Of a DNA stretch of 64,000 nt, positions 11,546 to 24,490 are shown piece by piece. Each line of letters opens with the position of its first letter. Position 1 is the stretch's first letter. The DNA lies in NCBI GenBank assembly GCA_951406725.2, contig OX597815.1:160890001-160954000 (forward strand). Direction: 5' to 3'. The notes under the pieces are model-generated. The model did not search any database and had not been told where the DNA came from. It saw only the letters and a list, made by a program, of their open reading frames with translations. The position numbers and the translations under genes are program-made. The stretch comes from Octopus vulgaris. Its lineage: Eukaryota.

Positions 11546-13319
11546 CCCTAATGTTTCATTGGCTTATTCAAAAATGGTTCCAGCCATGACCATTCCATCT
11601 TTTTTCTTAGCATGTAGTATATCCAGAGTTACTTTGTTCGTTGCATCCTTGTTTTTTCATTTTTGTCTTTAAGATAGAGAAATCTGACTGCTATTTCTGG
11701 CGGGTCGAGCACCCAGGTAGAAGTTTCCTCATTGACTCATACAATAAGAGATGTGTTTTGCAGATATAAGACAGTATGTATAGTAATGGGTGGGGCACAG
11801 ATTGTTGTGGAACCAAGCAAGCTAGATTTAGTTTGAGCCTGATTACTTTACTTCCTTGGGATTTATCACGCAAATTTAGCTCTGGATTTAGAAAAGAAAT
11901 TGATATTGATTTGTCTTTTTTGCTTCATTTGTTAAGAATAGGAGTGATAATAACTTGAAACCAGCATTGTTTTTCATTGATAACACAGCTATATATCCAC
12001 AAGTGTTTGGACATATAGTTGCTGTAGCAGAATAGATTTCAACAAACTGTTGCCAAGTAAAATGGACAATGGATATTGTGAATAGGCAGTTTGTCGTGCA
12101 TGTTGCAAAGAGATTAATTTGAATAGTTTATAGTTGTTGTTGTCGCTGACAGTTGTTTCATTACAGCGAACATCCATGATTGTAGCCATGCCATTCTCAA
12201 AATTCTTGTTATTTTATTTTAGGGGCATGATATAATTATGACACATCCAAATACGTCCTTTCTCATAAATTGGTACAGTGGGATATGAAGAAGATTTTGG
12301 CTGTCATTTCTAGCCGGTGGAGTGCATAAGTACAGGTTCATTTATTAGCTCACATGGAGTTTACCTTTTGGTTTGGTTTGTAATAGAGTTTGTATGATTA
12401 GTTAAATTTAGGTTTTATTAGATGTTATCTAGTACCCAGGGTGCTGTTAGTATTGATAAGGCAGAATTTCTTTGTATTCTGATTCCAATAAGATTATTCT
12501 ACTGAGTTTTCAGGAACCAAATTGATGTTTTGATGCCATTTGTACATTTGTTTACTCTAAAGCAACTTTCTGGTTTTACACTTTCCTTTGCTATTTATAC
12601 TACAAGACATTTTTGCTTATGCTCATATACGTGGGAGAGGAAAGCATGCAATAAATCAGATATATTATATTTGTGCTATACTTTTGCCTTTCAATATTTT
12701 ATTTACTGTGAGGTAATAAATTTTATATTGCAGTACAGTAACAAAAAAGGAAAAAAATTAAAAGAATATGTACAAGAATGTGCATATGAAGAATTAAAAC
12801 ATGTATATTCCAGAAAGTTTTTTCACACTTTATTTAAAGGGACCCTTTGCCCTTGTGTCAGTTCTTATTTAGAATTACCATCTTCCTAGACCTATTGCCT
12901 GCAATGTAATTTATGGTCTACACATTTCTTTCATTTGGTCTTCTCCTTTTGGGGCATGGTTTTTACGGCTGGATACCTTTCATAGAACCAACCATTTTTC
13001 TGTGTGGATTGGGTGCATTTTATTATGTCACTGGGTATCTAATTGTAAAAAATCATCATATCATTGATTTATCATACACTTAGCCATGCTTGCATGGGTC
13101 AAATAGAGTTTACTGAGGTAGATTTCTCAACATTCAGATACCCTTCCTGTTAAACAGCCCTTACTTATTTCCAATCAATGTAATATTTCCCCATGGCCTG
13201 GAATTTTACTGATTGCAATGGAAATGAATGATATTACAATGATCACATGATGTTAAGACAATGAGACAAACATGCACTCACACATATATACATACATACA
13301 TACATACATATTCATTCAC

Positions 13320-13492
13320 ACACACATACACACACATGACGAGCTTCTATCAATTTCTCAAATCCACTCCCTAGGCTTTGGTCAACCTGAGCCTATAGTA
13401 GAAGACACTTGTCTAAGGTTCCACATGATGAGACTGAACCTATGACCATGTGGTTGGGAAGCAAACCTCTTAACCGCTGAGCCACACCTGTG
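13320..13492 (-). mobile_element. SINE family B, 5' half
   Basis: CAAATCCACTC..AGGCTTTGGTC..CTATAGTAGAAGACACTTG..CCATGTGGTTGGGAAGCAA. Confidence 0.7.
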
Positions 13493-13559
13493 TCTAGAAA
13501 ACTTCTTTACCATGCAGTTTATATATATTATCACATGAAGTAAAATATTTCAAGACTTA

Positions 13560-14105
13560 TCCAAACCAGGAAAGCAGGCCTGAGTAGATAGTGTGGTAGG
13601 GGCAGGTTGGCCAGTAGGTATGAGTTTATTATTTTGGGGAAACTTTTCTCCTGCTGGTTAGAGGCAAATGGAAGGGTCCCTTTGGTACAGAATTCCGTTT
13701 TCTTATAAAACATTCTAGTTCATTTATTCTGTTTTGTCACATCCAACCTATTCCTAGAGATCATATGTATTTAGCATTGATTACTAAAATACTTGATACG
13801 TTGTTTGAAATGGAGTCTATATATCACATTAGCCTTAGGCCTATTACCACTTTTGCATGGGCCTGCATGCAAGTATGAGACCCATTAACCAAGGTTAATG
13901 AAAAGAACTCTGTTGATACATGCAGCTATGGCACTGTCTGTCAGAAAAAATTTTACTCCAAGAGTTAGGTAGAAGCGATGGATTAACAACTTCTTCAAGA
14001 GGTACTCATGTCAGTCATAATTAAATTCTTGACTATAAAATTGCATTCCTTTAAACAAAGTTCTTAATGATGAAGAACCACAAATATGGGACACAGTGCA
14101 GCAGA
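13560..14105 (-). mobile_element. highly decayed CR1/L2-type LINE 3' remnant
   Basis: Minus-strand peptides AALCPIF and FCTKGTLPF...SFPKIINSYLLANLPLPHY loosely resemble the C-terminus of CR1-group ORF2; weak, by-eye similarity only. Confidence 0.3.
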
Positions 14106-14580
14106 TCTTTTTGAGATCTGGTTGTATATAAACTGTACAGGTACTCACTAATGTTAAAGAGATGCATAAAAGCTTTTAGATGTTTCAAATGTTTTGAGCA
14201 AAACCATGCATTGGTATATAACATATAATCCCTATGAAACTAGCATAGTGTTGTTAGTAAATCTCACATATAGAGAAATTACCTTGAAAAATAAGGTTTC
14301 AGAAGAGAAGAAATGGTAAATAGATTTCAAGTATGGATTCAATCTTGCTTTGGATTTTTCTGGGAATCTGAACTCAGTACCAGAAATTAAACTATTGAAC
14401 TGTGAACATTAATGATTTATTTATTGTATTGATCTTTATAAACACGTATGCAAGTCTTTCTTTCTCTTTTTCCTTCTCATTAATCTGTATGTGTGTATGC
14501 ATATATAAATACTATCTGCAGTTGCACTCACACACACACACACACACAATAACGAGGGAGTGGGATAATGGTAAATATGA

Positions 14581-14637
<57 letters not shown>

Positions 14638-15134
14638 TATGGGTTCCAATCTTCCTTCTTTCTATTTATTTTCTTTGCTTAAGTTGGCAAATTCAATTAC
14701 TTTCCTCAGTGGAAAGCAATGAAGGAAGCGTCTTTATTCATATTTCCTTCATCACTTGCTTTACTTCTTTTTTTTTTAATACTTGATCTTTTCTTCTTTA
14801 TTTTTGTCTTCTTTTACTTTTTTGATTGTATCCTTTCACTTCATTTCAGAAATAAATACATTGTAGATGCTCCGTTTTAGGTTTCATAGTATGTTCACAT
14901 ATCTAAGGGCTCACTGGACACACAACAAACATAGGTAAAGGAAACAGCTTAAAATGCACTTTTGTGCATGCCAACATACCACATACACACACATGCACAC
15001 ACACACACACACACATATATACACATACACCTGCATATGCATACACACACAGACATCATATCCATACACATGCACACAAAATGTTTTGTAAGTCAGAAAA
15101 TGTTATTTCATTGTCGCTTATAACACAGAAACGT

Positions 15135-15375
15135 ATATTATCATCATTGCCATCGTTATCATCATCATCAACACCATCATCCTCATCATTATCATCATTG
15201 CTATCCTTGTTATCTTCACCATTGCTGTCGTTTCCGTCATCATCATCATCACCTCCACCACCATCGTCTCCATCATCACCACCATCATCATCATCATTAT
15301 TCTCTTCATCGCCGCCATTGCTATTTCTTCACAGTCACTGTCACCATTTTTATCTTTACCATCTCTGTTATTGTC
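15135..15375. repeat. degenerate (CAT)n microsatellite
   Basis: Directly visible; source of the S/P-rich ORF 14964-15587. Confidence 0.85.
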
Positions 15376-15662
15376 ATTTACATGTAGAAGCATCCTTCAG
15401 GTGCTTTCTTTTTTCTTTTTGTAGAACAGCATATTTCTTTGCATCCCAGTTCTTCACCATCTTTTCTATGAAGCCTAACTTTTTCACACTTATTGAACTG
15501 CTCTTTCCCTGTCTGTCTTGTGAAATTATTCTGAAGCACTTTATGCCAAGAATGTATCAGAATATACATTGCCTGTCTATTCAGTAAAATTGCCTTTTTC
15601 ATACCTTCATCCTTTCAATGTGCATTGATGTGTACGTGTGACTGTAACTCATGCTACTTTGA

Positions 15663-16018
15663 CCCTTTACTGTTCTGATTACTCTATCAAATGTAATGCT
15701 TATTTATTCACATTGTAGGGTAGGTATGAGAGGCCAGATATGGCTGATTTGAGCATAAAACTGGTAGAATATTCAGGTTGGATATGGCTGGTTTAACCCT
15801 TTAGCATTCAGATTGCTCTAGCAAATGTGATGCTTATTTATTCACAGTGGTTTTTGAACTAATCATGCATTATCCTGAAGCCTTGAGATTTCAATGATGT
15901 AATTGTTTATTTTTAGAATGACATTGTTGGCTAAATATAAGAGGCCAGATCTGGTTGATTTGAACATAACACCAGTAGAATATTTGGGCTGGATATGGCT
16001 GGTTTATATGCAAAAGTG
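15663..16018 (+). mobile_element. two adjacent or nested piggyBac-type MITEs (TIR CCCTTTAGCATT)
   Basis: Deleted copy 15663-15792, then TTAA (15793-15796) CCCTTTAGCATTCAG...ATGCAAAAGTG-TTAC; same family at 28776 and 42006. Confidence 0.7.
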
Positions 16019-16629
16019 TTACGTCAAGCTAAAAATGTTCTTTTCAAATTATATCAGCTTTCTTTTTTTTTATTGGATATATTTTCCTATATTGTTATAT
16101 ATGATATGATATACATCTTATTATATATAACAACACAGCATCTACTTTTGTCATCATAAGTGACTTTCAGTGTTCTGTTGTTTTCACCTCTGGCTTATGT
16201 CATTAGTTTCAAAAATATTTTAACACCCCTAATGCTCTTATTGATTGTAGTACTTCAGTTGTTTAGAATTTGGCAGTTACTTGTATTAACTTGGTCTGTC
16301 ATTTATTTTAAACTGTTTCCCTTTCATCCTACTTCAATTAATCACTCTCTTATATGTTACAATTTCTGCTTTATTCTATACACCAGGTTAATTCCTTGCA
16401 CTCCTTGCAGACTTTTGATACTGCTTCATCTGAGACTACTCTGGTTCTATGATACAAACTTCCTGTTTTAAAGTATTCAAAATTTCATGTTAATTTACGC
16501 TTCAAACACCTTCTCAATAATGACAGACATTTTACTAAATTCTTCATTAATTTCAAAATTAATTTAGATAAATGTAGTGTATTTCAATAGAAGCATTGTA
16601 ATAAAAGGGTTAAAAGTATCTGCAATATT

Positions 16630-17380
16630 AATAAACCTTGTGAAAATATCAATGTATAACACCTATAAAAGATTTGTGCCTATTGTATTCGCATTGGTTA
16701 AAAAAAATCTTTCTACATCCATTGTTGGAATGTTGCCAACCTTTTTGGTTTCCTGTACAATTTCTAAGAATTCCTGGTGACTGAATACTATATATCTGTG
16801 ATATATGTTTCTTCATGATATGATCTAGTTGATTAGCATTTCTATGAATGGGTTGTTGATTTGGGAGATTATATGATAAGAGAAGGGGGGATTTGTGAGT
16901 CTTTATGGTGCCATAAATATATCCAGCATCAATCTCTCTTATTTATGGAAAGGAATAGATTTTATTTGATTGTCTGCAGTGGTAATTAATTTATTGAGTT
17001 AAAAATCTTAACTGCATGGTTGTCTTCCTAATTTTGACAAGTATGCTATATTCATATAGTATATTATTAATTTTTCCAATGTATTCTTCTTTTGTTTATA
17101 AAAATAAACTGATTGCTTTTCTCACTTTTACATATTAGAATTTGCTCGTTATTTTTTTTAGATCCCATAGAGCTAATCTAATGTTCTTGTTAAGTGTGTT
17201 TTTGCTTTGCTCACTTCTCTGTTTATTACTGTCACACTTTCATAAGTCTTAAAGTTTTAGATTAATTCTCATAATACTTTCATCTCTAGGAATCTTGAAA
17301 TACTAACTAATAATGCAAGTTAAATTTCCTTTCTGTTTTAGTCATTTTTTTCCTTTAAGCTAAAAGCTAGGGCTGAAATT
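16630..17380 (-). mobile_element. Penelope-like element RT remnant (N-terminal part through motif A)
   Basis: Minus strand gives FSHQEFLEIVQETKKVGNIPTMDVERFFLTNA (PLE S.DV.SLFTNV-like), preceded by NQLDHIMKKHI. Confidence 0.6.
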
Positions 17381-17419
17381 GAGGCCTTCAATATGAGCAT
17401 GTACTGTGAGAGATCAAGA

Positions 17420-17640
17420 AATTGGTCTTATTTTAAAGGGAGCTAATCTTCTGTACGTGCTGATAGTTGATACAATTGATGTTTACTTCCCTTGTCCACA
17501 ATGCAGTTCATATACTCAGAAGGATGGAGTGACTATGAGTTTTCCATTTGATACCATATTCACAGCATTTGAAATAGCTAACATTGAAAACAAAGTTATT
17601 CCGAGTGATAACCACATCATATATTATAAAAGTGAACCTG
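17420..17640 (+). mobile_element. Penelope-like element RT remnant (motif B region)
   Basis: ORF 17406-17672: YTQKDGVTMSFPFDTIFTAFEIANIENKVI resembles PLE RT Y.Q.DGV.MGSPL...FA.F.MA.IE. Confidence 0.7.
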
Positions 17641-18108
17641 ATCTCCATCTGTCTCTAACAATATCTGTATAGAGAGAAGGAAGAAGGAGGGGAAAACAGT
17701 TGTTGCTGAGAGAGAAATACTGTGAGAGAGAGTGCGTTTATGTATGTGTGAAAGATAAATAAATAGGTAGTGTTGTCATCCTAGTAACTAACAAGCTATG
17801 ATTAAAAATGTGGCAATTTTAAGTCCAAGTCTGTCAACCCAATGTGACACAGACTTCAAAAAAAGACTCTCTCTCTCTCTCTCTCTCTCTGTATATATAG
17901 TAATAATAACAATAATACAATAATCCTTGGATGGAATTTATAAACATTTAATGCATCGCTATGTGCATTTCCACAAATCACATGTCTCTTAAGATCACAG
18001 TCCATATTCCTGGGATGATTACAGTATTTTAGTTGAAATTTACAGAAAAACAAAAGACAAAGACAGGTGTATAAACAACAAGTTTGATGCCCTGGAAGGT
18101 GAGAAAGT

Positions 18109-18144
18109 CTTTTACATTTTGAGCCTACGCTCTGCAACAGAAAG
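18109..18144 (-). ncRNA. degenerate hammerhead-like motif in a PLE pseudo-LTR-like repeat
   Basis: Minus: CTTT-CTGTTGC-A-GAGC GTAG GCTC-AAAA-TG-TA-AAAG; stems I and II intact, core mutated; upstream on the same strand FHNAGHSP...RLNSK (18580-18730) resembles a PLE GIY-YIG C-terminus. Confidence 0.45.
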
Positions 18145-18821
18145 GACCACGATGAAATAAACAGAGAGAGAACAAAAAACTTGCAGAGATAGCAGTCAAT
18201 CATGAAGACTGGCTGGACATAGGTAGTTAGACAGGAGAGCTAGGAAGAAAGGGAGATAGTAAAGTATTGGTGATGTGCATGTGTGTATGTGAGAGTGTGT
18301 AAGTGTGTGCATGTGGATAGGGGCTGGTGACTTTGACGGGTGGATGTGTACATGTGCGTGTGCATCTGTGATGTGTGGATGATAGTGTGGGTGTTGCAGG
18401 CAGATCATATTCAAGGATTCATTTCCTCAGGTGATATAACATAGAGGGTTGTTCATCCCTTTTGACCAGTGAGAAGGTTGATTGAGTTATGTAGGCATTT
18501 CCATGTATATTTGATGGGGAGGAGGGGAAGGTGATAGAAAGAGAGGAAGGAATAGTTGTTATGGGGAGGGAGGTACGTGTGTGGTGATGCTGGACTTATT
18601 TTGCTATTTAGTCTGCAGATATCTAGGATTGGTAGTACATTCCTTTGTTTGATCTCTAACATCATTGGACTATGGCCAGCATTATGGAACAGGAGCTTTA
18701 TTTGCAAATTCAGAACGTTTTCTGTAAACAAATTTAAAAGATATATATATATATATATATAATACTTATAGTCTTTTTGCGTGTTTGTGTGTGTGTGTGT
18801 ATTTCTGTCTTACAACAGTAT

Positions 18822-19160
18822 AAAGTAAAGACCCCCTTCGGTCATGAATGACCATGGGATTGCACCTAGAAAGTTACCCTCCGAGACACAAGTCCGGGCA
18901 AGGTTGTTTATGGAAGACCAGCAGTCGCCCATGCATACCAGCCTCCCCTCTCCACGCCACCAGTGTTATCCAAGGGAAAGACAAAGGTCGATACAGCTTG
19001 GCACCAGTGACGTCGCAACTCATTTCTACAGCTGAGTGAACTGGAGCAACGTGAAATAAAGTGCCTTGCTCAAGAACACAACACGCAGCCCGGTCCGGGA
19101 TTCGAGCTCACAACCTCACGATCGTAAGCTCGATGCTCTAACCATTGAGCCATGCGCTTC
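18822..19160 (-). mobile_element. SINE family C, young full-length copy
   Basis: Minus: GCGCATGGCTCAATGGTTAGAGC head, GAGCTCGAATCCCGG B box, CORE-like GTGTTGTGTTCTTGAGCAAGGCACTTTA, (CTTTA)n-like tail; CpG rich. Confidence 0.92.
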
Positions 19161-19479
19161 AACACAATACTGACTTTAAAAAAAGACTTTCACTTTCAAC
19201 AATTTATGATTAACAAATATTTTTACCTACTGTGTAGCGATGGATAATGACCTAGTCTTACATAAACTATGTATGCTGTTGACATGTTATAATAAATATG
19301 AAAGAACATTTAAATTGACTTGAAGATTTTGAAAATAATTTCATTCTTAAATTTTCTATTCATAATAGTTCTTACATGAATTCGGATCACACTATTTCCC
19401 CTTTTTGTTTTAAATCTCTTAGTGAGAGATATACATTAACAGTACTGGATAGTAATGTTTATCTGCCAACAGAATGTGG

Positions 19480-20300
19480 CAGTCCTGTAAAGTCTTGGAG
19501 CTAAAACAGCGGTAACATTGGTAACAGAATGCCACAATCTATTACCATATAAACAATACTATTTCCACTTTCTTAGATATAAATGTAGGAATAAAGAACA
19601 ACTCATGTAGCAAGTCTTCATAATAAACTCACTCTGACAAATGCTTGCCTATACATGTGCAGAGATAGGAATTGTCCCCATAGATATAAAATATTTGTAG
19701 TCAGAACTATTCTGAGATGAAGCTTTAGATAATGAAATCTTAAGAGTGAAACGAGCATCAATTAATATCAAGAGACTTGAATAGGTTGGTACACCTAACA
19801 GGCTAAAGATAAATTGAAATACGAATTTATCTATTGTGACACAAGTACAACACCCTATAAAAACATTCATTTATCTCCTACATTAAATAAAAAATGTGCA
19901 CTAAATGTTCAATTGGCTGAATATGTCATTAAAAACTCATAAAACAGAACATGTATCACACCTAAAAACAAACTAATAGAACATATTACCCACTACCACC
20001 ACCACCAAGTCAATTAGACTGTAAAATACATCTTATCAAGATGAATACACAAACTTGCCAATAGCATGTCCTAAATTAGACAACTGATGTAATATATGAA
20101 TTTCAGAGTAAACATTGAAAGTTGTAAACACTAAGTATTATAATATCAGGCACACAAGTATGATACTTTCTCACTAGCTGACCATGCATTTACAGCAAGG
20201 ATTTATAGCTGCACTTGAAACAAACAAAGGAGAAGAAAATAATGAGTGTATAGTACTAGCATTCTAGATAGAAATCCATAACCCTCCTTTCTTCCTAGAA
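19480..20300 (+). mobile_element. decayed PLE thumb plus GIY-YIG remnant
   Basis: Fragmentary peptides FLDINV, PIHVQR..NICSQ, DVIYEFQSKH and LADHAF occur in the order expected for a PLE C-terminal half. Confidence 0.4.
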
Positions 20301-20438
20301 AAAGACAAGAAAATTGATGAAGGAAGCTTAATTAATTCTAAAATAGAAATGAAAAATCAAGGCATAGACAAGAAAAAGACAAGAAAATTGATGGGGGAAG
20401 CTTAATTCTAAGATAGAAATGAAAAATCAAGGCATAGA
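20297..20438. repeat. tandem duplication, ~74-bp unit x2
   Basis: AGAAAAAGACAAGAAAATTGATG...AAAATCAAGGCATAGA starts at 20297 and 20371. Confidence 0.9.
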
Positions 20439-20729
20439 TACAAAATGTGAAGTAAACTGTAAAAGTTTCCATTAAAAAATATGATGACAATGATCATAAC
20501 TGTATTCCCATTATCCATTGCTGCAGACTGCAAAATGCACAAGCAGTATGCCCTTGCTATCAATTCATTCACATGATGATACCAAGAAGATCTTGAAACA
20601 TTAATATACTTAAGAACACTATTGTTTAAAGCTAAACATTAAAGGATTAAGAAGGAAGGAAATATGAAAAATCTTTAATTATAAAGATTAAATAGAAGCG
20701 CTGTCATGTCTTTAGAATAACACACACAC

Positions 20730-20773
<44 letters not shown>

Positions 20774-21576
20774 AGAGAGGGTCGGTGGAAGAGAGGTAAA
20801 CTGAAAGAAATAGAGGTAAACATTTTAATATATACCTGGGCATATATTTTCATGCAATTTAATTAAATGCTACTCCCCTAAAAACAGTGCAGAAAATATA
20901 TATATATTCTCACACATACGTATGTATATACATATTGATGCACACATGTGTATATGTATTTATGCATGCATGTATATATTAATGCACACACATATACAAA
21001 CATGCACATATATGTGTATGTATGTATAATTGTATATATTCATATTTTTTTGATTTCTCGTATCTTTTGGTTATGACTCATTGTAGTAAAGTTAAGGAGC
21101 TGGTAAAGAATTACGACTTGAAGATGAAAGAGAAGTTCAAGAGATGAAAACATAATAGAATAAAAGAAATGTTTTGCATCAATCAATTATAGTCATAAAA
21201 TCAAAGACTTTTTCATGAGATACAAGTAACATGAAATATGTGGACCATTTTCTGATGATTTCAATGGAATTCTTTTATATAGAGTAACATGTTGCAATAT
21301 ATTAAATATGATTAAATGATGTTTACCATAGATTAGAAAAGAGACTTTGACAACTTCAGATTTGTAGATAAGCACCATCACATATATTCACATGTGTGCA
21401 CTCACACACGCACACACATACACACACACACACGCACGCGCGCGCATGCACATGAAGATGTATACAAATTCATAGAAGCTAGGAATATGTAGGAATGCAA
21501 ATACACATATACATATGCACATGTCTCTCCCTCTATATATTTGTGTGTGTGTGTGTGTGTGTGTATGTGAGAGAGA

Positions 21577-21795
21577 GTATGTTTGGCCAGGTGGTTAGGG
21601 TGTTCTCACAATCATGAAATCATGAGTTCAGTTGCTAGACTGCATTGTGCATTGTGTTCTTGAGCAAAACTCTTCATCTTGTATTGTTCTGCGATCACTT
21701 TGACATCTGACGTGTGACACATCATTCATCTGTACAGACAATGTCAATTTGATGGAGGGAGTGCATTTATGCATACCACAAATATTCAATCACTT
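21577..21795 (+). mobile_element. tRNA-derived SINE, family F
   Basis: GTGGTTAGGGTGTT..ATGAGTTCAGTT..GTGTTCTTGAGCAAAAC..GATCACTTTGACA..TGATGGAGGGAGT; homologous to 49483-49786. Confidence 0.7.
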
Positions 21796-21972
21796 ATACT
21801 TTTCAAAGTATAAGTGTGCAAAGAAAGATAAAGAAGAGAAACAAAAAGAAAAAAGCGAAGGAAAGAGAAAGAAAATGAAGAAGCATGTAGTTACAGTTGC
21901 AACAAGTCATTACAAGTAATAGAAATAGAATAGTAAGTCAAAATCGAGAATTTTTTAAAATTTTAATTTTTG

Positions 21973-23200
21973 ATGTCGCAACTCATGGTTTCAACCAAAA
22001 GAAGAAAATTTCTGAACAAATGAGAAAATTCCGGTAAAAGAGGACATATGATTACTTCTTTGTTGAAGTAAAAAAGACCAATATATTTAATATATCCTGT
22101 ATCTATATCTCTGCTTTTAAAGAATTTAATGTTAAGTGGTATTACGCTTCAAAACATTAAAAGTACAGTAAATTTAAAGGAGATATTGGAAAGCAAAATA
22201 AAATAAAAAGGAAAAAAACGATGCCTGCATGAAACAGATTGGTTGCCTAAAATACTAAAATACACTCTTTTCTAAAAAGTAGATAGAACTTGAAGAAATT
22301 GTACATGCAAGCTGTGTTATTTGCAAATAAGTTGCAAAACATTCACAAAGTTATGCCTATGGTGAATTTGTAAAAGAATGTCTTTTGGCAGTGGCTGAAC
22401 TTTTATAGCCAGAAAAGTTAAATATGTTTTACAAGATTAGTTTGTCTCACAGGACAATAACAAGATGAGTTTAAGAAATTGCAGCAGATATTAAGGTTAT
22501 GCTGTCAGAAAAATTTATAGAATTTGATTCCATGTTACTAGCTATTGGTGAAAGCACAGATACAGTATTTTCAAGCACGCAAGACAATATAACATATATT
22601 ATAAACATTTACTGTGTTAACATTGAAACATATCACTAGCTTTCCAAATCCTGCTGCATTTTATATGGAATGTTTGGTTCTCCAAAGTTGTCTTTTTTTT
22701 TTTTTGTTTTAACAATAAATCTTGGTTTGAAAAATTTGACTTGTATGTCAGAAAATATGAAATATCTGATTTGGTCCAAGTGGCCATTTTCATATGTGAT
22801 AAGGATAAATCAATTAATATCATCATAAAATTACTGTTCAGACAATGAAAGACACTGTTACAGGATATAATATTAATGATGCAGTGGAGAAAGAAACAAC
22901 AATGTTGAATCTCTCACTTGAAAGGCTTTTCAATGTAACAACAGAGGGGCCCCTGGAATAGTTGGGTTTAAGATAGGCCTTCTATCCTAATTAAAAGGCT
23001 AATTAATGTCTTTAAATTTAGAAAACAGAGGCATAGCAATGATTCATTGTATATCATTCATCAAGAAATCTATGTACAAAGTTGTTTCAACCATAAATTT
23101 TATAAAATCCTCAAATACAAAGTGCACTTCATATTCAAGGCTCCAAGGAAGCTACAAAGTGTTAATCAAGCACTCAGCTATAAATCCACAGCATCTTATA
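21973..23200 (+). mobile_element. hAT transposase pseudogene, SPIN/GTF2IRD2-like
   Basis: Colinear peptides with stops: KRRK..YDYFFVEVK..FKEFNVKWYY.SKH; VAKHSQSYAYGEFVKECLLAVAELL*PEK..ISLSHRTITR; LAIGESTDT (ALDESTD-like); QVAIFI; MKDTVTG..VTTEG (TTDG-like); IHC/IIHQE (CxxH region). Confidence 0.88.
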
Positions 23201-23370
23201 GCAGATACAGTTGTAAGCCAATGAAATTCATAAGTTAATTGTTAATTCCTTTGTCATTTTGTTATTTTTTTTACTGCTCTGTACTCAACTAATGCTTTGC
23301 TCTGAAGCATATGTATACTGAGTTCTACTATCAGTTAATAACCAATGCAAGTGAAATATATATATATATA

Positions 23371-23695
23371 GGCGCAGGAGTGGCTGTGTGGTAAGTAGCT
23401 TGCCAACCAACCACATGGTTCTGGGTTCAGTCCCACTGCGTGGCATCTTGGGCAAGTGTCTTCTGCTATAGCCTCGGGCCGACCAATGCCTTGTGAGTGG
23501 ATTTTGGTAGACAGAAACTGAAAGAAGCCCGTCGTATATATGTATGTGTGTGTGTATGTTTGTGTGTCTGAATAAGTACTGGGCTTACAAAGAATAAGTC
23601 CCGGGGTCGATTTGCTCGACTAAAGGCGGTGCTCCAGCATGGCCGCAGTCAAATGACTGAAACAAGTAAAATAGTAAATAGTAAATAGTAAATAA
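23371..23695 (+). mobile_element. SINE family B, young copy with internal deletion
   Basis: Nearly identical to 5281-5590 but jumps from TGTGTGTCTG directly to AATAAGTACT. Confidence 0.9.
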
Positions 23696-24064
23696 TATAT
23701 ATATGTATTACTTTGAGTTGTACGGATTATACCGCACTGACTTGGTGCTTCAACTTAAATATGTAATTCAACTGAATCTCAATTATTTCTTATTTATATA
23801 TATATATATTAATGTGATTTGTTTGACTCATTTGGCTTTTATGTCCATTTTTCATGCTTACATCAGTTAGATGAAACATGTGGCAGGTTTTTATTTATGG
23901 TGAGATGGTCTCTATGGCCTTCCTGTTACAAAAGTTCAAGAGATTTTTGCAATTTTTTCTGCATATGTGCTATGATATAGCACTGATTTTTAATCAATTC
24001 TCATCAGCTCAATTTTGTTTTTGCTCATCACTTATACTATATAAGCTGTGATTATTGTGACATT

Positions 24065-24490
24065 TACCTTTTTACTTTTTTTAAATACTGCAGTCATGCT
24101 GGAGCAATGCTTTGAAGGATTTCTAGCCAAACAAATCAACACCAGTACATGTTTTGTTTCTAAGCCTGGTACTTATTCTCTTAGTCACTTTTGCCAAACT
24201 GCTAAGATACATGGATATAAATAAACTAACACTGGTTGTCAAGCGGTGATAGGAGAAGACACAGACACATGCAAAGACACACACACACACACATATTTGT
24301 GTGTGTGTATGTGTGTGATAAGCCTCTTTTGGTTTCCATTTACCAAGTTCTTTTACAAGGCTTTAGTCAGCCAAGTCCTTTTACAAGGCTTTAGTAGAAA
24401 TCACTTGCCCAAGGTGTGACACAGTGGGACTGAACCTGGAATCATATGGATGGGAAGCAAGCTTCTTACTGCACAGCCATGCCTGCATCC
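24065..24490 (-). mobile_element. SINE family B, diverged, with an internal 28-bp duplication
   Basis: Family B motifs; CAAGTYCTTTTACAAGGCTTTAGT occurs twice. Confidence 0.8.

Noticed and set aside
11800-12650. Additional PLE remnants (also 24700-25330)
   Set aside because: Only short fragmentary peptide hints such as SKHLW and IWF; needs BLASTx before annotation.
23283-23323. Possible further hammerhead (CTAATG...GAAGCATATGTA)
   Set aside because: Multiple core changes and no clear stem II; too degenerate to call.
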